NCBI GenBank assembly: GCA_022795905.1
Contig: JAAWHO010000001.1
Coordinates: forward strand, 1 to 50,343
Direction: 5' to 3'
Origin: Oscillospiraceae bacterium
GTDB lineage: Bacteria; Bacillota; Clostridia; Oscillospirales; Oscillospiraceae
Length of the DNA: 50,343 nucleotides
Below are positions 45,878 through 50,343 of the stretch, piece after piece. Numbering within the stretch: position 1 is the stretch's first letter; every line of letters begins with the position of its first letter. Made by a program: the position numbers and the translations under genes. The notes beneath the pieces were generated by a model, which saw only the letters and a program-made list of their open reading frames with translations, searched no databases and was not told the origin of the DNA.

Positions 45878-45985
45878 ATAAATCAAAATTTATCGTTACA
45901 ATTCAAATAAGTTGTAGAGTTGGATTTCCACACAAACGTCATCTTCAAAGGTGAATCTCACAATCCACGGCATTAACCCCTTTAT

Positions 45986-46465
45986 TTATTCAAAATTTTT
46001 ATAGCCGAACTGCTTATCATAGAAATTGATAATCGTACTGAGGGCAGTTCCGTGAGTTCCAACAACAATTGTACTATTTCTATGATGATTTAACAGGCGA
46101 TTTAACACTGCAATATTTCTTTCCTGTACTTCTCTTAACGTCTCACCATCCGACAGTTTATAATCGAAATCCATCCATTGAGCCTTACAGAACGAAGCAA
46201 AATCCTCAATCCAGGCGCTATCCACTCTCCGTTCTCTAAAATCGTTCTCTATATGGATTTCAAGCCCACTTGATTCCGCATAGTCGCGAATTGTATCGAT
46301 GGCTCTTTTATAAGGACTGGAGAAGGCAATATCAATCTCCTTGTCAGACAAAAACTGTGTGACAAGTTTGCTGTCCTTCAATCCCTTTTCAGTCAATTCC
46401 CTTAAAAGATCGTCATGATTGTTATAGTTACTTTCTGCGTGTCTGACAAAATATACGACGGTCAT
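45986..46465 (-). CDS. histidine phosphatase family protein (phosphoglycerate mutase-like), low-GC insert
   Basis: MTVVYFVRHAESNYN (RHG-type catalytic motif) and a late GTHG motif. AT-rich gene. The track ORF extends upstream to 46528. Confidence 0.8.
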   Translation of the reverse strand: MTVVYFVRHAESNYNNHDDLLRELTEKGLKDSKLVTQFLSDKEIDIAFSSPYKRAIDTIRDYAESSGLEIHIENDFRERRVDSAWIEDFASFCKAQWMDFDYKLSDGETLREVQERNIAVLNRLLNHHRNSTIVVGTHGTALSTIINFYDKQFGYKNFE

Positions 46466-46507
46466 CTGCAAACCAGCTTTCTTTGAAAATAAGGATAATT
46501 TTTGAGC

Positions 46508-46547
46508 AGAAAAAGTGGTATGCTCCAAGATGGCTTCGGAGCGTACC
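46508..46547 (-). terminator. intrinsic terminator of the MATE gene
   Basis: Minus strand: GGTACGCTCC-11 nt-GGAGCATACC followed by ACTTTTTCT. Confidence 0.6.
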
Positions 46548-46551
46548 GCTT

Positions 46552-47925
46552 TTATTGCTGGGTCTCAAGGGCGCGAATCTGCTTCATCTCCCACAGAACA
46601 AAGCAGATAGCCAGGACTGCCGCCGCGCCGTCCGCAATGGGTCCCGCGTACATCACCCCGTCGATCCCCCAGAGGAAGGAGAACAGCAGGATCAGCGGAA
46701 GCAGGAAAATGATCTGCCTCGTCATCGAGATCATAATGCCCAGCTTCGCCTTGCCGATGGAGGTAAAGAAGTTTGACGTCAGGGGCTGCAGGCCGTTGGC
46801 AAAGGTGAAAAACATATAGATTCTGAAATATCTCGCCGCAAATTGATAGTACTCCTCCGAGCCGTTCCCGAAAACGCTGGTGATCTGCCGCGGGAAGAGC
46901 TGGAAGCAGAGAAAGAACAGGACAGCCACGGCGGTCGCGATAAAAACCGCCCGCTTATAGGTCTCCCGCACCCGGCGGTAGTTCTTCGCGCCGTAGTTGT
47001 AGCCGATGATCGGCTGGCACCCCTGGGCGATGCCGACGATGATGGCGATAAAGATAACGTTTACCTTGGTGATGACGCCTACGCAGGCCAGCGGGATGTC
47101 GCTTCCGTAGACGGACGACGCGCCGTAGTACCGCAGGGTATTGTTCATAGCGATCTGCACGATGCACATGGCGATCTGGTTGAAGCACGCCGCGACACCC
47201 AGGGAGACAATGGCCTTTGTGCAGGCAGCGGAGAGGCGGAAGTACCGCCGCTCCCACCGGGCGGTCTGAAACCGCTTTACATAGTAGTAGAGCGCCAGAA
47301 GGGCGGAGAGGATCTGCCCGATGATGGTTGCCAGGGCTGCCCCGGTGATGCCCATGTCAAAGCCGAAGATAAAGAGCGGGTCCAGGAAGCAGTTCAGGAT
47401 CGCGCCGGACATGGTGCAGACCATGGCGTAGCGAGGGCTGCCGTCCGCCCGGATGATGTGGCTGCCGCCCGTTCCGAAAATCAGGAAGGGGATGCCCAGG
47501 GCGGTGACCCTGGTGTAGAGCATTGCGTAGGGGAGGTTCTGCTCCGTCGCGCCGAAGGCTACCAGCAGCGGGTGCAGGAACAGGGTCACCACCGCGCAGA
47601 GCAGACAGCCGCAGATAACCATCAGCGCGATCCCGTTCGCCGCGATATGGACGGCAGTCTCCTTGTCCTGCCTGCCCAGCGCCAGGCTGAAGTTGGACGC
47701 GCTGCCAATGCCCAGCAGCAGTGTGATGCCTGTGCAGATTGTCACCAGGGGAAAGGCGACGTTAGTCGCGCCGTTCCCCAGCAGGCCCACACTCTGGCCG
47801 ATGAAGATCTGGTCGACAATATTGTACAGTGCGCTGACCAGGCCGCTGATAATGGCCGGTACCGCGAATTTGGCAATCAGCGGACCGATCGCCCTGGTTC
47901 CCAATGGATTTTGTGTCTGGTCCAT
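46552..47925 (-). CDS. MATE family efflux transporter
   Basis: 457 aa, 12-TM protein with a typical MATE N-terminus (PLIAKFAVPAIISGLVSALYNIVDQIFIG). AAGGAGG upstream. Confidence 0.85.
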   Translation of the reverse strand: MDQTQNPLGTRAIGPLIAKFAVPAIISGLVSALYNIVDQIFIGQSVGLLGNGATNVAFPLVTICTGITLLLGIGSASNFSLALGRQDKETAVHIAANGIALMVICGCLLCAVVTLFLHPLLVAFGATEQNLPYAMLYTRVTALGIPFLIFGTGGSHIIRADGSPRYAMVCTMSGAILNCFLDPLFIFGFDMGITGAALATIIGQILSALLALYYYVKRFQTARWERRYFRLSAACTKAIVSLGVAACFNQIAMCIVQIAMNNTLRYYGASSVYGSDIPLACVGVITKVNVIFIAIIVGIAQGCQPIIGYNYGAKNYRRVRETYKRAVFIATAVAVLFFLCFQLFPRQITSVFGNGSEEYYQFAARYFRIYMFFTFANGLQPLTSNFFTSIGKAKLGIMISMTRQIIFLLPLILLFSFLWGIDGVMYAGPIADGAAAVLAICFVLWEMKQIRALETQQ

Positions 47926-48047
47926 AGAATTCCTCCTTGTTGATGCTGTTTTTCAATGATAAATGTCCTATATTGGAATATTAGGACAACGGCGCCGGTA
48001 TGTCAACCCAAAATTTTCGAGGAACCGGATGGACCGCAAAAAAATCC

Positions 48048-48076
48048 TTGCTTTTTTCCGGGGCTTGTGGTATTAT
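48048..48076 (+). promoter_or_regulatory. putative rpsB promoter
   Basis: TTGCTT (48048-48053), 17-nt spacer ending in TGG (extended -10), TATTAT (48071-48076). Confidence 0.5.
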
Positions 48077-48190
48077 ATTCCCGCATTACGCACAGCCCCG
48101 GATGTCTGGTCGGTGCCGTTTCCAAACGGTTGGCCCGGCAGGGGAAGGGGCTGGAGGGTAACAACTAAATTTTTGGAGGAAATAAGAACT

Positions 48191-48922
48191 ATGGCAAGCG
48201 TTGTATCCATGAAGCAGCTGCTGGAAGCCGGCGTCCACTTCGGACACCAGACCCGCCGCTGGAACCCCAAGATGGCTCCCTATATCTACACGGAGCGCAA
48301 CGGCATCTATATCATCGACCTGCAGAAGACCGTCAAGAAGCTGGAGGAGGCGTACAGCTTCGTCCGCCAGCTCAGTGAAAACGGCCAGTCCCTGCTGTTT
48401 GTGGGCACCAAGAAGCAGGCCCAGGACGCCATCAAGACCGAGGCGCAGCGCTGCGGGATGTACTATGTCAACGCCCGTTGGCTGGGCGGCATGATGACCA
48501 ACTTCAAGACTATGCGCACCCGTGTTGACCGCCTCACCCAGCTCAAGCGGATGCAGGAGGACGGTACCTTCGATATGCTGCCCAAGAAGGAAGTTATCAA
48601 GCATTTGGGCGAGATTGCCAAGCTGGAGAAGTATCTGGGCGGCGTGAAGGAGATGAAGAAGCTCCCGGGCGCGCTGTTCATTGTGGATACCCGCAAGGAG
48701 CGCAACGCCATTGCCGAGGCCCACAAGCTGGGCATCCCCGTTGTGGCTATTGCCGATACCAACTGTGACCCCGATGAGATCGATTACCCCATCCCCGGCA
48801 ACGACGACGCTATCCGCGCCATCAAGCTGATTGCCTCCATCATGGCCAACGCTGTGACCGAGGGCCGTCAGGGCGAGCAGATGGAGGATGCTGCCGCTGA
48901 GGAGCCCGCTGCCGCGGAGTAA
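48191..48922 (+). CDS. rpsB: 30S ribosomal protein S2
   Basis: [27 protein letters not shown] upstream of ATG 48191. The track ORF from 47963 is an extension. Confidence 0.95.
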   Translation: MASVVSMKQLLEAGVHFGHQTRRWNPKMAPYIYTERNGIYIIDLQKTVKKLEEAYSFVRQLSENGQSLLFVGTKKQAQDAIKTEAQRCGMYYVNARWLGGMMTNFKTMRTRVDRLTQLKRMQEDGTFDMLPKKEVIKHLGEIAKLEKYLGGVKEMKKLPGALFIVDTRKERNAIAEAHKLGIPVVAIADTNCDPDEIDYPIPGNDDAIRAIKLIASIMANAVTEGRQGEQMEDAAAEEPAAAE

Positions 48923-49010
48923 AAAAGAACCTTCTGGGGCGGGGGATGTCCCCGCCCCGTTTTCGTATTATGGAAACTGATGAATAAAATATTTTGGAGG
49001 ATATACGAAC

Positions 49011-49931
49011 ATGGCTTTTACAGCTGCTGATGTTAAGAATCTGCGGGAGAGAACCGGCGTAGGCATGATGGACTGCAAGAAGGCTTTGGCCGCCTCCGAC
49101 GGCGATATGGACAAGGCGATCGAATACCTGCGTGAGAAGGGCCTGGCCGCTTCCGTGAAGAAGGGCGACCGCATTGCCGCCGAGGGCATGGCCTATGCCG
49201 CTGTTATTGACGGTATGGGCGTGGTGGTTGAGGTCAACGCTGAGACCGATTTCGTGGGCAAGAACGAGAAGTTTGTGGACTTTGTCAAGGGCGTAGCCGC
49301 TACCGTAGCCGCCAACAAGCCCGCAGACCTGGATGCCCTCATGGAGTGTAAGTTCAACGGCACCGACCTGACCGTGCTCCAGCAGCAGCAGGAGATGGTT
49401 CTGGTCATCGGCGAGAATATCAAGGTCCGCCGCTTTGCCTTCTTCACTGAGGGAGTGTCTGTGCCCTACGTCCACGCCGGCGGCAAGATTGCCGTGCTGG
49501 TGAACCTGGAGGTCTCCGGCGATATCGACGTGACCGCTATCGGCCGCGATGTGGCGATGCAGATCACCTCCATGAATCCCCGCTTCTGGGATAAAGCCCA
49601 AGTCACCGATGAGGTCCTGGCGGAGGAGAAGAAGATCATGATGGCCCAGATGGACAACGATCCCAAGATGGCCTCCAAGCCCGAGCAGGTCAAGGAGAAG
49701 ATCGTGGCCGGCAAGCTCAATAAGTTCTATGCCGAGAACTGCCTGCTCCAGCAGGAGTTCGTCCGCAGCGACGTGTTTGAGGGCACTGTGGGCGCCTATG
49801 TGACCTCCGCCGCTAAGGACCTGGGCGGAACGGTTACCTTTAAGAACGCTGTCCGCTTTGAGAAGGGCGAGGGCATTGAGAAGAAGCAGGAGAACTTTGC
49901 GGAAGAGATCGCTTCTATGATCAAGAAGTAA
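49011..49931 (+). CDS. tsf: translation elongation factor Ts
   Basis: VKNLRERTGVGMMDCKKAL UBA-like N-terminus. 306 aa. Confidence 0.95.
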   Translation: MAFTAADVKNLRERTGVGMMDCKKALAASDGDMDKAIEYLREKGLAASVKKGDRIAAEGMAYAAVIDGMGVVVEVNAETDFVGKNEKFVDFVKGVAATVAANKPADLDALMECKFNGTDLTVLQQQQEMVLVIGENIKVRRFAFFTEGVSVPYVHAGGKIAVLVNLEVSGDIDVTAIGRDVAMQITSMNPRFWDKAQVTDEVLAEEKKIMMAQMDNDPKMASKPEQVKEKIVAGKLNKFYAENCLLQQEFVRSDVFEGTVGAYVTSAAKDLGGTVTFKNAVRFEKGEGIEKKQENFAEEIASMIKK

Positions 49932-49990
49932 TTGTTGACGACGTCTGAAATAAGACGCGCATAATGTCTTACAAATAATGACACCCGAGA

Positions 49991-50024
49991 GGGCTGTAGC
50001 AATTCGTTGCTACGGCCCTTTTTG
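49991..50024 (+). terminator. intrinsic terminator of rpsB-tsf
   Basis: GGGCTGTAGCAA-TTCG-TTGCTACGGCCC followed by TTTTT. Confidence 0.7.
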
Positions 50025-50343
50025 TACCCATTTTTACCCTGGCATCCCCCCTACGTCCCCCGACTTTCTCCCTTTCAGGGGGCGCAGGAGGAGCCGTTGG
50101 AGGAGCTGCTCTCCGATCTTGACATGGGCTTTGCCCCTGCTACTTTTATTACTTTGGCTTTCTCAAACTTATTCCAACTCCTATTTTTCACCTGCCCGGA
50201 AAAGACATCAAGACGAAGGCGGTACACTGAAAATGGACATTCGATAATTAGGCCCTACTCCGCAACCTCAAACTGCCAGAAACACAAGCAATTAAGGCAG
50301 AAATATGGTACAATAGGTGCAAGGGAAAAGGCAAAAACAATGG

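Noticed and set aside
45896-45973. A 25-codon ORF (MPWIVRFTFEDDVCVEIQLYNLFEL) downstream of the histidine phosphatase gene.
   Set aside because: It is too short to support without conservation or expression data. It may be a remnant of the donor DNA. It is mentioned under the low-GC island finding only.
388-47943. Numerous very long antisense ORFs. Examples: 27172-31155 (1327 aa), 15646-18078 (810 aa), 4673-6940 (755 aa), 11218-13173 (651 aa), 41841-43493 (550 aa), 9552-11117 (521 aa), 20926-22353, 44487-45836, 24605-25912, 388-1683, 13997-15283, 26049-27314, 7584-8765, 23278-24420, 46843-47943, 33545-34570, 32634-33566 and 19078-20262.
   Set aside because: All those checked are in the frame exactly complementary to a well-supported sense gene. 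Their proteins are low-complexity (rich in R, G, P, A, L, H, Q) with no recognisable motifs. They are explained by avoidance of TTA, CTA and TCA codons in the sense genes. They are shadow ORFs.
3955-48190. N-terminal extensions of track ORFs. These affect citE from 3955, rbgA from 7650, rnhB from 8404, thrC from 9498, clpP from 13387, engB from 18129, cdsA from 22281, dxr from 23209, the lipoprotein from 24207, GNAT from 31126, potC to 34522, potB to 35535, potA to 36931, DUF4130 to 37557, flavodoxin from 40617, MBL from 43372, the phosphatase to 46528 and rpsB from 47963.
   Set aside because: The extensions overlap the preceding gene or intergenic repeats. Internal starts with Shine-Dalgarno sequences give the canonical family N-termini.
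366-50247. Many 60-190 aa alternative-frame ORFs nested inside annotated genes. Examples: 366-887, 975-1304, 5052-5369, 7733-8137, 11136-11945, 16539-17117, 22514-23044, 28772-29275, 45179-45757.
   Set aside because: They are Arg/Gly/Pro/Ala-rich translations of off-frames of high-GC genes. They have no start context or family resemblance, and each overlaps a gene with clear homology-type motifs.
50124-50343. An open reading frame running to the window end.
   Set aside because: It uses tca, tta and cta codons that are essentially absent from host genes. A strong promoter and an ATG at 50340 suggest that the real gene starts there.
1-50343. A search for CRISPR arrays, tandem repeat arrays, transposases, integrases, phage genes, toxin-antitoxin pairs, reverse transcriptases, restriction-modification genes or other defence genes.
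   Set aside because: None was seen by eye. The only repeats are short hairpin elements, and the GNAT gene has no DUF1778/RHH-type partner. I therefore make no defence-island or mobile-element call.

Overview
High-GC Clostridia-type chromosomal segment (the taxon is an inference from gene order and composition). It is dominated by conserved housekeeping operons. In order: a truncated malic-enzyme gene; a CitA/DcuS-type two-component system with an AEC transporter and citrate lyase citDEF; greA; lepB-rbgA-rnhB-yraN; thrC; tig-clpP-clpX-lon-engB; pyrH-frr-uppS-cdsA-dxr-rseP-ispG-polC; potABCD (minus strand); a radical-SAM/DUF4130 putative DNA-repair pair; a TetR-flavodoxin unit; a CPA2 antiporter; MBL and HAD hydrolases; a MATE exporter; rpsB-tsf. 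I saw no CRISPR array, transposase, integrase, phage module or recognisable defence system, so most of the window is ordinary. These points deserve a second look: (1) a roughly 200-nt intergenic segment (32.20-32.46 kb) with a long closing helix, a tRNA-like T-arm and cloverleaf-like topology, and its own intrinsic terminator; (2) a family of double-hairpin intergenic repeats, two copies of which form an inverted pair around engB plus a lipoprotein gene, show compensatory stem changes, and abut TAG stop codons; (3) the radical-SAM (TIGR03916-like) and DUF4130 (TIGR03915-like) pair, which I recall as normally adjacent, split here by a SnoaL-VOC fusion gene and a repeat cluster, with consensus divergent promoters overlapped by palindromes; (4) two single-gene low-GC insertions (a GNAT after polC and a histidine phosphatase); (5) a terminator-like hairpin inside the potABCD leader; (6) a half-size protein with a degenerate actin/MreB-like motif. 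The many very long antisense ORFs are codon-aligned shadow ORFs, not genes.
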